Below, one piece after another: positions 16,960 to 27,547 of a stretch of 64,000 nucleotides of DNA (the first letter of the stretch is position 1; each line of letters opens with the position of its first letter). The notes under the pieces are model-generated. The model was not told where the DNA came from. It was given only the letters and a program-made list of their open reading frames with translations, and searched no databases. The translations under genes were made by a program, and so were the position numbers. The DNA comes from an uncultured Verrucomicrobiota bacterium (lineage in GTDB: Bacteria; Verrucomicrobiota; Verrucomicrobiia; Limisphaerales; SXQI01): NCBI GenBank assembly GCA_964566945.1, contig CAZMKE010000005.1, positions 265,343 through 329,342 of the forward strand, read 5' to 3'.

Positions 16960-19900
16960 CTAGTTTCTCGTAATCGTCTCGTGCAGATTCAGAATCACCC
17001 GGGCCACGTTGGTCCAGGCGGCGAGTTCGGCCTTGTCCAGGCTGGAGGGGGGCGCCTCGAGACCCACGCCCAGGAGTTCTTCGGCGGATTTGGGTTGGGC
17101 GCGGTATTCGGCGAGTTGTTTTTCGAGGAGGCCTTGGGCCAGCTCGATCTCGTCCGGGCGGGGCGCTCTTTGCAGGGCTTGCCGCCAGGCCCAGGAGATT
17201 CGATCTGAGGCGGCGCCGTGGCATTCGCCGAGAATCCGCGCGGCAAACGCTTTGGAGGCTTCGACGAACGAGGGATCGTTCAAGAGGGCCAGGGCCTGCT
17301 GAGGGATGTTGGAGCGGTTCCGGTCCGCCGCGCATTCCTCGCGGGTGGGGGCGTCGAAAGCGAGCATGGCCGGATGAACAAAGCTCCGCTGCCACCAGGT
17401 GTACAGGCCGCGCCGGTACTGTTCCGGACCTTTGCTCGCATCGTAGCTGCGCACCGGGAAATTGAGGTTCTCCCAGTACCCATCGGGCTGGTAGGGCTTG
17501 GCGCTGGGGCCGCCGATTTTTGGAACGAGCAAGCCGGAGATGGCGAGCGCATTGTCGCGCACCAGTTCCGCCTCGATCCGCCAACGGCTTTGCGCGGCCA
17601 GCTCGCGATTGTACGGGTCGCGCGCGCGCAACTCGGGCGAGACGACGGAGGTCTGCTTGTAGGTGCGGCTGGTAACAATGAGGCGCACCATGTGCTTGAT
17701 ATCCCAGCCGCTGTCCATGAACTCGCAGGCGAGCCAATCGAGCAACCGCTGGTTCACGGGCGGCTCGCCCTGGGCTCCAAGGTCATCCAGAATTTTGGAA
17801 AGGCCGATGCCGAAAAACTGTTTCCACAAGCGGTTCATCGTGACGCGGGCGGTGAGGGGCTGATCCCGAGCCACCAGCCAATTCGCAAGATCCAGGCGGG
17901 TGAGAGCGCGATCGGCAGGGGCTTTGAACGATGTTTTTAAAAAGGCGGGGAGCGCCGGCTGGACAATATCGCCGGTCTCGATCAGGAAGTTGCCCCGGGG
18001 CAGGATGCGCACGGTCCGCGGCTGATCCGCCTTCATGGAAACGAGGCAGCGAGGCACGGAGGCCTCGAAGTCCGATCGGGCTTTCCGGGCGGCGTCCAGC
18101 TCCTGGCGGAGGCCCGCCAATTCCGGCGTGACCGATTTAAAATGGGCGAACAGCTTCTCGTTCTCGCTTTCGGAACGGCCGGGCTTGGCCAGCAAGGCGG
18201 CGATTTCCCCGGATGGCCGGGATTCAAAGGGAGCGCGCGCGACATCGTAGCTGCTGCTGGCGGACAGGCGGAAATGGCCCAAAGTATGATTGCCAGCGCC
18301 GTGGTTTTGGATGATCTGGACCCGCAATTCATCCCCCGCCTCGAGCTTGAGCGGTTCGGCCAATTCCAAAACCAGCTGTTGGGGCCGGGTCACGTCCGGC
18401 AGGATGGCCCACCCGAAGGAATTCGTATTGCCATCGATCACCGCCGCAGCCGACCAGCGCTTGTCCGGATTGGCCTCGGCGGCCAGGGCCTGCTCAATGC
18501 TCGCGCGGGCCGAGGCGAACTTGACCGGGATCTCGCTCGAACCGCGCTGGAGTGACGCGAGCACCTCGGTCACGACAAAATTGCCGTTGCCCGCCCGGCC
18601 CGAGCCTTTGGCCGGCAGGGAATCGTGAGGCAACGCCTCCAGCCGCAGGCCGGCGATCGGGTTGGGAGAGTTGGTGAAAGAAAGCTGATACGCGTCCTTT
18701 TCCGGCTTTTTGCCTTTGACGAGAATCGAATTGTCACCCTGGATTTCGAGTTTGGCGCCACCCGCGGATTCCGCCTGAGCGGGTTTGAGCTGCCTCCAAA
18801 ACCGCTCCATCTCCAGGCTTTCCATCTGGGATTTCTCCCAGCGGGCAAAAGCCTCTTTCAGCTCAGCGTGCCCCCCATCGTAATCCTTCTGGAGCCGGTC
18901 GACGGCTGCTTGCAAACGGTCCAATTCCGCCGCCTGCTTTTTGTCCGGAGTCAGCATCCCATCCTCGCGCCGGCCAATGATCGGCTCCTGGATGTCGGCG
19001 AAAAATGCGCCGAGAGAATAAAAATCGCGCTGCGTGGCGGGATCAAACTTGTGGTCGTGGCATTGCGCGCAGCCGATGGTGGCGCCGAGCCAGGCCGTGC
19101 CGATCGCCCGCACACGATCGGTAAGCATGCGAGCCTCGTAATCCTTGGGCTGCGCCCCGCCCTCCTCCGTGGTGAGCAGGAGGCGGTTGAAGGCCGATGC
19201 CACTTTTTGCTCCTGGCTGCTGTTGGGGAGGAGATCCCCGGCGATTTGCTCACGCGTGAACTGATCGAACGGCTTGTTCTCATTGAAAGCCTTGATCACG
19301 TAATCGCGATACGGCCAGATGTTGCGCGGATTGTCCGAGTGATACCCGATCGTATCCGCAAAGCGCACCGCATCGAGCCAGGGAATGGCCATTCGTTCAC
19401 CATAGTGCGGCGAGGAGAGGAGTTCATCCACCAACCGAGCATAGGCGTCCGGCGCGCCATCCTGCTCGAAAGCGGCCGCCTCCGCGGGCGTGGGGGGCAG
19501 GCCGGTCAGATCGAAGTGGAGCCGGCGGATCAGAGTCCGGCGGTCCGCTTCGGCCGATGCTTTCAGCCCGAGCCCTTTCAGGCGCTCGCCCACGAGATAA
19601 TCGACGCCATTGGCTCCGGCGGGAGTAGGCGGCTTCACGGGCGGCAGATAGGCCCAGTGCCCCTCGTAAACGGCTCCCTCCGCCACCCAGCGCTTCAAAA
19701 GATCCCGCTGCTCGCTGGTCAGGACCTTATGCGAATCGGGCGGCGGCATCAGATCGTCCTTGTCCGTCGTGAAAATGCGCTTGATCGCCTCGCTCTCGTC
19801 GGGCTTGCCCGGGAGGAACGCCTTCTTTTCGATCGCCGCCTCGCGCACATCCAGGCGGAGCTTTCCCTTGCGGTTCTTTGCGTCGGGGCCGTGGCAGGCG

Positions 19901-20013
19901 AAACAATTGTCGGACAGGATCGGACGGATGGACTCGTTAAAACCGATCTTATCGACTGCGGACGCGGAACCACAAGCCGCGGCCAGCAGGATGGCGAACG
20001 CCGAACGAATCAT
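16960..20013 (-). CDS. PSCyt1 (haem c) / PSCyt2 (DUF1549) / PSD1 (DUF1553) protein
   Basis: 1017 aa with signal peptide MIRSAFAILLAAACGSASA. Motifs: CxxCH motif [101 protein letters not shown]. Confidence 0.9.
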   Translation of the reverse strand: MIRSAFAILLAAACGSASAVDKIGFNESIRPILSDNCFACHGPDAKNRKGKLRLDVREAAIEKKAFLPGKPDESEAIKRIFTTDKDDLMPPPDSHKVLTSEQRDLLKRWVAEGAVYEGHWAYLPPVKPPTPAGANGVDYLVGERLKGLGLKASAEADRRTLIRRLHFDLTGLPPTPAEAAAFEQDGAPDAYARLVDELLSSPHYGERMAIPWLDAVRFADTIGYHSDNPRNIWPYRDYVIKAFNENKPFDQFTREQIAGDLLPNSSQEQKVASAFNRLLLTTEEGGAQPKDYEARMLTDRVRAIGTAWLGATIGCAQCHDHKFDPATQRDFYSLGAFFADIQEPIIGRREDGMLTPDKKQAAELDRLQAAVDRLQKDYDGGHAELKEAFARWEKSQMESLEMERFWRQLKPAQAESAGGAKLEIQGDNSILVKGKKPEKDAYQLSFTNSPNPIAGLRLEALPHDSLPAKGSGRAGNGNFVVTEVLASLQRGSSEIPVKFASARASIEQALAAEANPDKRWSAAAVIDGNTNSFGWAILPDVTRPQQLVLELAEPLKLEAGDELRVQIIQNHGAGNHTLGHFRLSASSSYDVARAPFESRPSGEIAALLAKPGRSESENEKLFAHFKSVTPELAGLRQELDAARKARSDFEASVPRCLVSMKADQPRTVRILPRGNFLIETGDIVQPALPAFLKTSFKAPADRALTRLDLANWLVARDQPLTARVTMNRLWKQFFGIGLSKILDDLGAQGEPPVNQRLLDWLACEFMDSGWDIKHMVRLIVTSRTYKQTSVVSPELRARDPYNRELAAQSRWRIEAELVRDNALAISGLLVPKIGGPSAKPYQPDGYWENLNFPVRSYDASKGPEQYRRGLYTWWQRSFVHPAMLAFDAPTREECAADRNRSNIPQQALALLNDPSFVEASKAFAARILGECHGAASDRISWAWRQALQRAPRPDEIELAQGLLEKQLAEYRAQPKSAEELLGVGLEAPPSSLDKAELAAWTNVARVILNLHETITRN

Positions 20014-20122
20014 TCCTAAAGTCTACGAAAAGCATGCCACAGAGCAAGGTCCGGAAATGACGGGCTCCGATGAAGACAGCGCCCATCCACGAGGCTCAGC
20101 AGCTTGTCGCCAACAGCCTGAG

Positions 20123-21019
20123 TCAGGCCCAGTTCAATCGCCGGATCTTGCGATCGTCCGGGTGGGGCTTGCCGCCGATCACGCGCAGCGTCAGGTCGAC
20201 ACCGTAGCTGTCGAAAGTCGCATCGACCCAGCCGATGGGATCGGCGTCCTTGAAGTTGTAGCCCACGGCCGGGAGATTCACGAGGTGCAAGCCTGCCCGC
20301 TGCTTGATGTCCCAAACGTGGGAATGACCGTAGAAAATCGCTTTCACCTGCTTGTGAGGCTGGACGATCTCGAATAAGCGGCGGGCATCCAGCAATTCGC
20401 CGTCCTCCTCCCCGAGCGTATGGTGAACGAAAATCACGATGGGCTTTTCGGGAGAGGTGGCGAGATATTCACCAAGCCATTGGCGCTGTTTATGCCCGAG
20501 CAAACCGGCCGTCTTGTTCGTGTAGAGCAGCGAATCGAGCATGACGATCCGCATGAATCCCTCTTCCAACACCAAAACATGGCGCTCGGCCACATTGGCG
20601 CGCAAGTGCTCCAGCGCCGGAAAAGCTTTGCTGAAATTGGCGCGATCGTCGTGGTTTCCGAGTCCAATGTAAATCGGGGCGAAGGCCGCCAGCGGCGCCA
20701 TGACGGACTGCAGCTCCTTGTAATCCGCAGGCAACCCCTCCAATCGAGCGGCATCTCCATTCAGCAGAACCGCCTGAGGACGGGCCTCCCCGGACTCCGC
20801 GACGGCGCGCTTCAGATTATCCCACGGTTTGAAGCCGCGGTTCTCATTTTGGCGGTCCGCAGCCAGATGCGTGTCCGACAGCAGAGCGATATGCAAAGAA
20901 CCGCTGCCGGCGCGCACTTGCGGGCCGCGGCAGGCGGTTACCCCCAAGGCCACACTGCCCAGTGCGGACGCTTTCAGAAAGTGGCGGCGATCAACTGGCT
21001 TGAAGAATATTCCCGGCAT
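20123..21019 (-). CDS. Tat-exported calcineurin-like metallophosphoesterase
   Basis: Part of ORF 20123..21160. The start is placed at ATG 21019 (MPGIFFKPVDRRHFLKASALGSVALGVTAC), which avoids overlap with the helicase stop at 21060. Metallophosphoesterase motifs: LLSDTHL, NGDAARLEG, GLGNHDDR, IFVHHTL, YGHSHVWD. Confidence 0.8.
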   Translation of the reverse strand: MPGIFFKPVDRRHFLKASALGSVALGVTACRGPQVRAGSGSLHIALLSDTHLAADRQNENRGFKPWDNLKRAVAESGEARPQAVLLNGDAARLEGLPADYKELQSVMAPLAAFAPIYIGLGNHDDRANFSKAFPALEHLRANVAERHVLVLEEGFMRIVMLDSLLYTNKTAGLLGHKQRQWLGEYLATSPEKPIVIFVHHTLGEEDGELLDARRLFEIVQPHKQVKAIFYGHSHVWDIKQRAGLHLVNLPAVGYNFKDADPIGWVDATFDSYGVDLTLRVIGGKPHPDDRKIRRLNWA

Positions 21020-21059
21020 AACCCGGCTATTAAAACGAGCGGCCAAAAAAGAGGCGAGG

Positions 21060-23189
21060 TTAAAACGGCTCGTCCGGATCGCCGTCCGCGCCCTCATCAT
21101 AGTCAACTCCGGCCGCCCGCTGCCCCGGCTTGGAACGCGTCCAATCCACTTCGCGGACATCGGAATACGATCCCCACGGATTCGCCGGCTTCAAAATCCA
21201 CTCGTCGAGCAATTCGTTCGGGAGTTCACAGAGAAAGCGCGATTTCTGCTGCATGAAATCGCCGGCGTAAGCCGAAGCCATTCGAACCATCGGATAGGAG
21301 AGGTAAAGCTGTTTGCGAGCGCGAGTGATGCCGACGTAAAAAAGGCGGCGCTCCTCTTCCAGATTGTCCGGGTCCTCCAAAGACCGGCCGGAAGGAAAAA
21401 GGCCGTCGCACAGCATGATCAGGAAGACCACGTCGAACTCCAACCCTTTCGCCTGATGGATCGTCGTGAGCTTGATCGATTCTTCATCCTCGTCGCGCGG
21501 ACGGTCCTGCTCGGCCTCGACATTCGAGAGCAACGCAAGCTGCGTGAGAAACTCGTTCGTATCCGAATACTGGGAAGCGACATTGATCAGTTGATCGATG
21601 TCCTCGAGGCGGACCGCGTAGTTGGCAAAATTCTCCTTTGCATAGTCCTCGTAGACCGCTTCCAGGACGAGGCGGAGGACCTCGGCCGGCTTTTGCCGCA
21701 CCTCATCCGCCTCGATCTGGGAAAAGGTCGCGGCGAATTGGGCCCAGGCGACAGCGGCTTTTTTGGGAACGGCCGCCTTGCAGCTTTGCAGGGCGGTGGC
21801 GATGGGGTGCTTGTCCGGCAGCCCGCCTCGAAAGGCCTGATCGAAGTTCGACCAGAGCTTGTCGGCGCTCTTGCCTCCCACGCCCGGGAGCATCCGCGCC
21901 AGGCGCTTGAACGAGAGTTCATCTGCGGGGTTGTGCAGCAGCTTCAAGTAGGCGGCAATGTCCTTCACGTGCGCCTGCTCGAAAAAGCGGATGCCGCTGG
22001 TGATGGCAAACGGAATATTGCGCCGCGTCAGCTCGATCTGCAGTTCCATGGCGTGAAAATGAGACCGGTAGAGGATCGCCATATCGTCCAGGTTCACTCC
22101 TTCATCCCGCAACTCCAGAGCGCGCTGCGCCACAAAAGCCGCCTGCTGGTGCGCATCTCCGCAGACCACCAGCACCGGTTTGTCCCCGGATTTGCAGGCG
22201 GCGACGAGCTGTTTCGGGTACTGCCGGGTATTGGCGGAGATGGAGGCGTTCGCCAGGGAGAGGATTTCCGGGGTGCTGCGATAGTTGGTCTCGATCTTGT
22301 AGACCTTTGCCTCGGCGTACCGTTTGGGGAATTCGAGGATGTTTTTGAAATTGGCCCCGCGCCAGCTGTAAATGCTCTGAGAATCGTCACCCACGACCAT
22401 GAGGTTGCGATTGCGCTCCGCGAGCAGGTCAATCAAATCGCTCTGGAGCTTGTTCGTGTCCTGATACTCGTCCACGAGGATGAATTGGAAGCGGCGCTGG
22501 TAATGCTCCCGGATATCCGCGTGATCCTGCAACAGCTTGAGCCAGAGCACGAGCAGATCATCGAAATCCATGACGTTGTTCAGCCGCTTGCGCTCCTGAA
22601 AGCTCTCCTGCAGTTGGGCCACGAGCTGCCCCATGCCGGCGAACGACTGATAGCTGCGATCGAGGATTTTATGGATCGGCTGATGGGTGTTCACCGCCAT
22701 CGAGAAAATATCGGCCAGCATGTCCGGCTTCGGCAGACGAACCTGCGTCACATCGATCTTTGCCGCATCAATGCAGGCCTGGACCATGTCTTTCGAATCT
22801 TCCCGATCCAGAATGGTGAAGTCCGGCTTGTAGCCGAGCCGATCCGCGTGCTTCCGCAAGATGCGGTTCCCGATGGAATGGAATGTGCCGCCCCAGAGCG
22901 CTCCCAGGTCAGAGCCGATCAGGTCATTCACCCGCCGCATCATTTCGCGCGCGGCTTTGTTCGTGAAGGTCAGCAGAAGGATGCGTTCCGGCAAAATCCC
23001 CTGCTCCAGCAGGAAAGCCACGCGATAAGTCAGCGTGCGAGTCTTCCCCGAGCCTGCGCCAGCGATCACGAGCGCCGGGCCGGGCAGAGCCGTGACCGCC
23101 GCATGCTGCTGTTCATTCAATTCACGCGCGTAATCGATCTTCAGCTCCACTGAGCCTCGAAACTCCTGCAAAACATACTCGCGCGACAT
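21060..23189 (-). CDS. uvrD: UvrD/PcrA/Rep-family ATP-dependent DNA helicase
   Basis: Part of ORF 21060..23228; the start is at MSREYVLQEF (23189). SF1 motifs: LNEQQHAAV, VIAGAGSGKTRTLTYR, LLLTFTNKAAREM, GTFHSIGNRIL, ILVDEYQDTN, VVGDDSQSIYSWRGA, NYRS, TIHQAKGLEFDVVF, RRLFYVGITRA. Confidence 0.9.
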   Translation of the reverse strand: MSREYVLQEFRGSVELKIDYARELNEQQHAAVTALPGPALVIAGAGSGKTRTLTYRVAFLLEQGILPERILLLTFTNKAAREMMRRVNDLIGSDLGALWGGTFHSIGNRILRKHADRLGYKPDFTILDREDSKDMVQACIDAAKIDVTQVRLPKPDMLADIFSMAVNTHQPIHKILDRSYQSFAGMGQLVAQLQESFQERKRLNNVMDFDDLLVLWLKLLQDHADIREHYQRRFQFILVDEYQDTNKLQSDLIDLLAERNRNLMVVGDDSQSIYSWRGANFKNILEFPKRYAEAKVYKIETNYRSTPEILSLANASISANTRQYPKQLVAACKSGDKPVLVVCGDAHQQAAFVAQRALELRDEGVNLDDMAILYRSHFHAMELQIELTRRNIPFAITSGIRFFEQAHVKDIAAYLKLLHNPADELSFKRLARMLPGVGGKSADKLWSNFDQAFRGGLPDKHPIATALQSCKAAVPKKAAVAWAQFAATFSQIEADEVRQKPAEVLRLVLEAVYEDYAKENFANYAVRLEDIDQLINVASQYSDTNEFLTQLALLSNVEAEQDRPRDEDEESIKLTTIHQAKGLEFDVVFLIMLCDGLFPSGRSLEDPDNLEEERRLFYVGITRARKQLYLSYPMVRMASAYAGDFMQQKSRFLCELPNELLDEWILKPANPWGSYSDVREVDWTRSKPGQRAAGVDYDEGADGDPDEPF

Positions 23190-23341
23190 CGGGCCGAATC
23201 TAGAGCTTTGGCCTGAAGGTGACAACATGGGCGGCGGAAGGAAAGCGAACCGCGGAGGGGACGGACGCCGAAATTCGACGTTCCGGTCTCAATCTCTCCT
23301 TGCCCTGGCAGCGCAGGTTCGACGAAAATCAGCAACATCCC

Positions 23342-25816
23342 ATGGCGGCGCGGACCTCCAAAATATTTCAGGGCCTCGTTCTGGCTCTCTGCCTCGCGCA
23401 GAGAGCTTCGGCGGCCGAGGAAAGCTCAGCGAAGCCGGCGCACTGGGCGTTTCAACCGATTTCCGCGGCGTCCCCGCCCAGAACGAGCGACCCGGCTTGG
23501 CCTCGGGGCGCGATCGATCAGTTCGTTCTCGCCCAATTGGAATCTCAGCAGCTGAACCCCGCGCCCGAGGCGGATCGCCTGACCTGGCTGCGGCGGGTCT
23601 CGTTCGATCTGACGGGGCTCCCACCCTCGCCAGAGCAGACAGAGGCCTACCTTCAGGATCGCGGCAGCGACGCGGAGGAACGCGTGGTCGACAGGCTGCT
23701 GGCCTCGCCTCATTACGGCGAGCGCTGGGCGCAGCATTGGCTGGATGTCGTCCGGTACGCCGACACGCACGGGTTTGAAGTAAACACCGAGCGACCGCAT
23801 GCCTGGCCTTACCGGGACTACGTGATTCGCGCCTTCAACCAGGACACTCCCTACGATCAATTCATTCGCGAGCAAATCGCCGGGGATGCCCTTGGGGCGG
23901 ACACGGCCACCGGTTTTCTGATCACCGCCTCCGTTTTGCTGCCCGGCCAGATCGGCGCGGACGAACCTTCCAAACGGCTGGCCCGGCAGGATGCGCTCGA
24001 TGAGATTGTGGTCAATATCAGCCGGACTTTCCTCGGCTTAAGCGTCGGCTGCGCCCGGTGCCACAATCACAAATTCGATCCGATTTCGCAGCGAGATTAT
24101 TACTCCCTGCAAGCGTTCGTCGCTGGAGTGGAATACGAGGATCGCGAGGTGCGCACCCCCGAAGCGGAGCGGCTCCGCCGGGCGGAGACCCAGGCTAAAG
24201 CCCGACTGGCGGAGGTCGAGCGCCAGTCGGTCCGATTCATCCCGCTCGCCAATTCGGGTGTTGAGCGCCCGGCCGTGAATGCGCGGAGGAACACCGACCG
24301 CTTTGCTCCGGTCCGGGCGCGCAAGCTGCGCTTCACCATTCGCGAGACCAACAATCTCGAACCGTGCATCGACGAACTCGAAGCGTTCAATCGGGCCGGG
24401 ACCAACGTCGCTCTTGCGTCGTTCGGGACCACAGCAACCTCCTCCGGCGACAAGGTCGCGGCTGACCGGCACGAATTGCGCTTCATCAACGACGGTCAAT
24501 ACGGCAACTCGCGGAGTTGGATGTCGAGCGAGCCTGGCAAGGGCTGGGTGGTGCTCGAATTTCCCGAAGAACAGACGATCGACCGCGTCGTCTGGGGCCG
24601 CGATCGAACCGGAGAGTACAGCGACCGCCTGGCGATCAGTTACTTGATCGAAGTGGCTGATGCGTCCGGCCCCTGGCGGACGGTGGCCGATTCGTCGGAC
24701 CGGGCAAAAAAGGGGGAGGACAGCGCGGCCTCGATTCCGCTAGCGGGCCTCGATCCGGAAGCGGCCCGGGAAGCGACGCGCCTCGGCGACGAGAAGAAAT
24801 CTCTCGAACGACAGATTCAGGCCGCCGCGGAAGAACGCCTGGCTTTCGCCGGCAAGTTCCGCGCGCCGGACAAAATCCATCTTCTGAATCGAGGCGATCC
24901 AGAGCAGCCGGGCGAAGAAGTGAATCCGGCCGTGCTTCACGTCCTGGGCGGTTGTCAGCTTGCGCGCGACGCCGGCGAACTGGAACGCCGGCGCGCCCTG
25001 GCGGATTGGATCGCCCGGCCCGAGAACCCGCTCACCGCCCGCGTGATGGCCAACCGCGTCTGGCAGGGGCACTTTGGAACCGGGCTGGTTCAAACCTCGA
25101 GCGATTTTGGCGTCAAAGGCACGCCTCCTTCGCATCCGGAGCTGCTCGACTGGCTGGCGGCCGAGTTCATCCGCTCCGGCTGGTCCGTCAAGCACCTGCA
25201 CCGCCTGATCGTCCTCTCCGCGGCCTACCGCCAATCGGACCGAATCGATCCGCGCGCCCAAGCGATCGACGCGGATGTCCGCTGGCTCTGGCGCTTCCCC
25301 TCGCGCCGGCTCGAAGCCGAATCGATCCGCGACTCGATGCTCGCCGCCAGCGGAACGCTGAACGCATCGATGTATGGCCGGGGCTTCGACCTGTTCGACA
25401 AACGCGGGGGCCTCAGCGGATTTAACCCGGTCGAATCCTACCGTGGCGATGGCCTCCGCCGCATGATTTATGCGCACAAAATTCGACGGGAACGCGAGGC
25501 GGTGTTCGGAGCGTTCGATTGTCCGGACGCCGGCCAGAGCGCCGAGCGCCGACGGGAGAGCACCACGCCCATTCAAGCGCTCAATCTCCTAAACAGCCGT
25601 TTCACGATTGAAGCGGCGGAGGCTCTGGCGGCGCGGAGCCGCCACGACACCGGCGGCGACCCGGCGCGCCAAATTTCCCGCTGCTACCAACTGGCCCTGG
25701 GCCGACCGCCGGCCGCCGAGGAACTGGCCGAAGCTCTGCCCGCAGTGCGCGCGCAAGGCCTCACCGCCTTGTGCCGGGCGCTCTTCAACTCGAACGAATT
25801 CGTCTCCCTCCCATGA
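23342..25816 (+). CDS. DUF1549 / discoidin-like (F5/8 type C) insert / DUF1553 protein
   Basis: Part of ORF 23219..25816; the start is at ATG 23342 ([27 protein letters not shown]). Motifs: [70 protein letters not shown]. The middle segment [27 protein letters not shown]...[24 protein letters not shown] looks like a galactose-binding/discoidin domain. Then come [22 protein letters not shown] and the C-terminal [11 protein letters not shown]. Confidence 0.9.
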   Translation: MAARTSKIFQGLVLALCLAQRASAAEESSAKPAHWAFQPISAASPPRTSDPAWPRGAIDQFVLAQLESQQLNPAPEADRLTWLRRVSFDLTGLPPSPEQTEAYLQDRGSDAEERVVDRLLASPHYGERWAQHWLDVVRYADTHGFEVNTERPHAWPYRDYVIRAFNQDTPYDQFIREQIAGDALGADTATGFLITASVLLPGQIGADEPSKRLARQDALDEIVVNISRTFLGLSVGCARCHNHKFDPISQRDYYSLQAFVAGVEYEDREVRTPEAERLRRAETQAKARLAEVERQSVRFIPLANSGVERPAVNARRNTDRFAPVRARKLRFTIRETNNLEPCIDELEAFNRAGTNVALASFGTTATSSGDKVAADRHELRFINDGQYGNSRSWMSSEPGKGWVVLEFPEEQTIDRVVWGRDRTGEYSDRLAISYLIEVADASGPWRTVADSSDRAKKGEDSAASIPLAGLDPEAAREATRLGDEKKSLERQIQAAAEERLAFAGKFRAPDKIHLLNRGDPEQPGEEVNPAVLHVLGGCQLARDAGELERRRALADWIARPENPLTARVMANRVWQGHFGTGLVQTSSDFGVKGTPPSHPELLDWLAAEFIRSGWSVKHLHRLIVLSAAYRQSDRIDPRAQAIDADVRWLWRFPSRRLEAESIRDSMLAASGTLNASMYGRGFDLFDKRGGLSGFNPVESYRGDGLRRMIYAHKIRREREAVFGAFDCPDAGQSAERRRESTTPIQALNLLNSRFTIEAAEALAARSRHDTGGDPARQISRCYQLALGRPPAAEELAEALPAVRAQGLTALCRALFNSNEFVSLP

Positions 25817-27267
25817 AGCCGCTCACCCTGCCCGGTCATCATCTGCTGGATCGCCGCCAATTCCTGGCCAACAGCGCCACAGCCCTCGGCAGCATCGCCC
25901 TCGCCAGCCTTTTGCGGCAGGATGGCCTGCTCGCCGCCGCCCCGCCCGATCCGACGCATCCGTTCGCCGCCCGGCCGCCCCATTTTCCGGCCAAAGCCCG
26001 GAACGTGGTCATGATCTTCTGCGCGGGAGCGGTCAGCCAGCTGGAAACGTGGGACTATAAGCCGGAACTAATCAAGCAAGACGGCAAACCCCTCGTTGGC
26101 GGGCCAGCCGTCACTTTCCAGGGACCGGCGGGCGAGCTGGCGCGGCCTCAATATGCGTTCCGGCGGCGCGGCCAAACCGGCAAATGGGTGAGCGACATGC
26201 TCCCGTTCCTGGCCGATCTCACCGACGACATCGCGTTCATCCACTCCCTGACCAGCAAGTCGAATACGCACGGCCCGGCGGAAAACTTTCTCTCGACCGG
26301 ATCCATTCTGGATGGCTTCCCGAGCATGGGGGCGTGGGTGAGCTACGCTCTCGGCTCCGAAAACCAGGATCTCCCGGCCTTCATCGCCATTCCGGATCCA
26401 CGCGGCGTCCCGCAAGCCGGCATGAATAACTGGGGCTCCGGTTTTCTCCCCGCCGTTTTCCAGGGCACCGCCCTCAGCGCCAAAGACCCGGTGCGCCACC
26501 TGGCCCCGCCACCTGGAGTCCTTCCCGCCAGCGACGCCACCGCCCGCTCGCTGCTCCAGCGGATGAACGAACGCCACCTGGCCGAACATCCCGGCGACAC
26601 GAAGCTGGCGGCTCGCATCGCCAGCTACGAACTGGCGGCCCGGATGCAATTGTCCGTCCCGGAAATCACCGACCTATCGACCGAACCGGCGCATATCCTG
26701 AAACTCTACGGCGCGGACGACGGAACCCATCCGCTCAAAGCGAGTTTCGCGCAGAACTGCATCCTGGCCCGCCGCTTGATCGAACGGGGCGTCCGATTCG
26801 TCCAGCTTTTCAATGGCGCCTACGCCAGCGGCGGGGAGCTTAATTGGGACGGCCACAACAAGCTTAAAGAGCAATACGACCGCCACGCGGCGATTCTCGA
26901 TCAGCCCGCGGCGGCCCTGATTCGCGACCTGCGCCAGCGCGGCTTGCTGCAGGACACGCTAGTGGTTTGGTGCACGGAGTTCGGCCGCATGCCGATGTTC
27001 CAAAAAGGAGCCCAAGGCCGGGATCACAACCCGGACGGCTTCACCTGCTGGCTGACGGGGGCCGGCGTGAAACCGGGAGTCAGCCACGGTGTCACCGACG
27101 AACTGGGCCGCCGCGCTGTCGCGGATATCCACCCGCTCTACGATTTCAGCGCCACGATCCTCCAGCTGCTCGGCCTCGACCATGAACGCCTCACGTTCGA
27201 ACACAACGGCGTCCAACGCCGGCTGACCAACGTCGAAGGCTCGGTGATTCAAGAAGTGCTGGCGTAA
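25813..27267 (+). CDS. DUF1501 domain protein (Tat-like signal)
   Basis: Part of ORF 25771..27267. ATG 25813 overlaps the PSD1 stop in an ATGA arrangement (25813-25816). The N-terminus is [34 protein letters not shown]. Motifs: [69 protein letters not shown]. Confidence 0.9.
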   Translation: MKPLTLPGHHLLDRRQFLANSATALGSIALASLLRQDGLLAAAPPDPTHPFAARPPHFPAKARNVVMIFCAGAVSQLETWDYKPELIKQDGKPLVGGPAVTFQGPAGELARPQYAFRRRGQTGKWVSDMLPFLADLTDDIAFIHSLTSKSNTHGPAENFLSTGSILDGFPSMGAWVSYALGSENQDLPAFIAIPDPRGVPQAGMNNWGSGFLPAVFQGTALSAKDPVRHLAPPPGVLPASDATARSLLQRMNERHLAEHPGDTKLAARIASYELAARMQLSVPEITDLSTEPAHILKLYGADDGTHPLKASFAQNCILARRLIERGVRFVQLFNGAYASGGELNWDGHNKLKEQYDRHAAILDQPAAALIRDLRQRGLLQDTLVVWCTEFGRMPMFQKGAQGRDHNPDGFTCWLTGAGVKPGVSHGVTDELGRRAVADIHPLYDFSATILQLLGLDHERLTFEHNGVQRRLTNVEGSVIQEVLA

Positions 27268-27547
27268 CCGTGGGTTAGGCCCTTTTCTGGGACCGCGGAA
27301 TTGACGCCGCCCCGTTGACGTCTCCCCGCGCCCCGGACCCGCAAAGCCATTACTTGACGCTCGCGCGCGGGAGCCGATCAGCCGATCGGTTCGGAGACGC
27401 GAGTTCCCTCGAGGCAACGCAATCCATCCGCAAAACCCGAAGGGGCAGCGCAGCCACCGAGCTTTCAACTTTTGCCTGAAATTTTGCAAAATCCGCGTAG
27501 CTCCAGTTGGCTTGTTTTCGGCAATTTTCTCGAAATCGGGAGTCGAA

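Noticed and set aside
20829-23153. 774-aa plus-strand ORF opposite the helicase gene. Similar long ORFs lie at 48330..50657, 18625..20019, 50419..51711, 31920..33317, 33384..34481, 34694..35587, 37232..38308 and 60719..61657.
   Set aside because: Each lies antisense to a gene with unambiguous family motifs (UvrD, Dcp, PSD1, Gfo/Idh/MocA, Lol permease, M50 and others). Each has low-complexity Arg/Gly/Pro-rich translations without motifs.
20123-23189. Helicase + metallophosphoesterase pair considered as a possible nuclease-helicase defence module
   Set aside because: The phosphoesterase has a twin-arginine export signal (RRHFLKASALGS) and so is periplasmic. The helicase has the full housekeeping UvrD/PcrA motif set and length. 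No other defence-like genes are adjacent.
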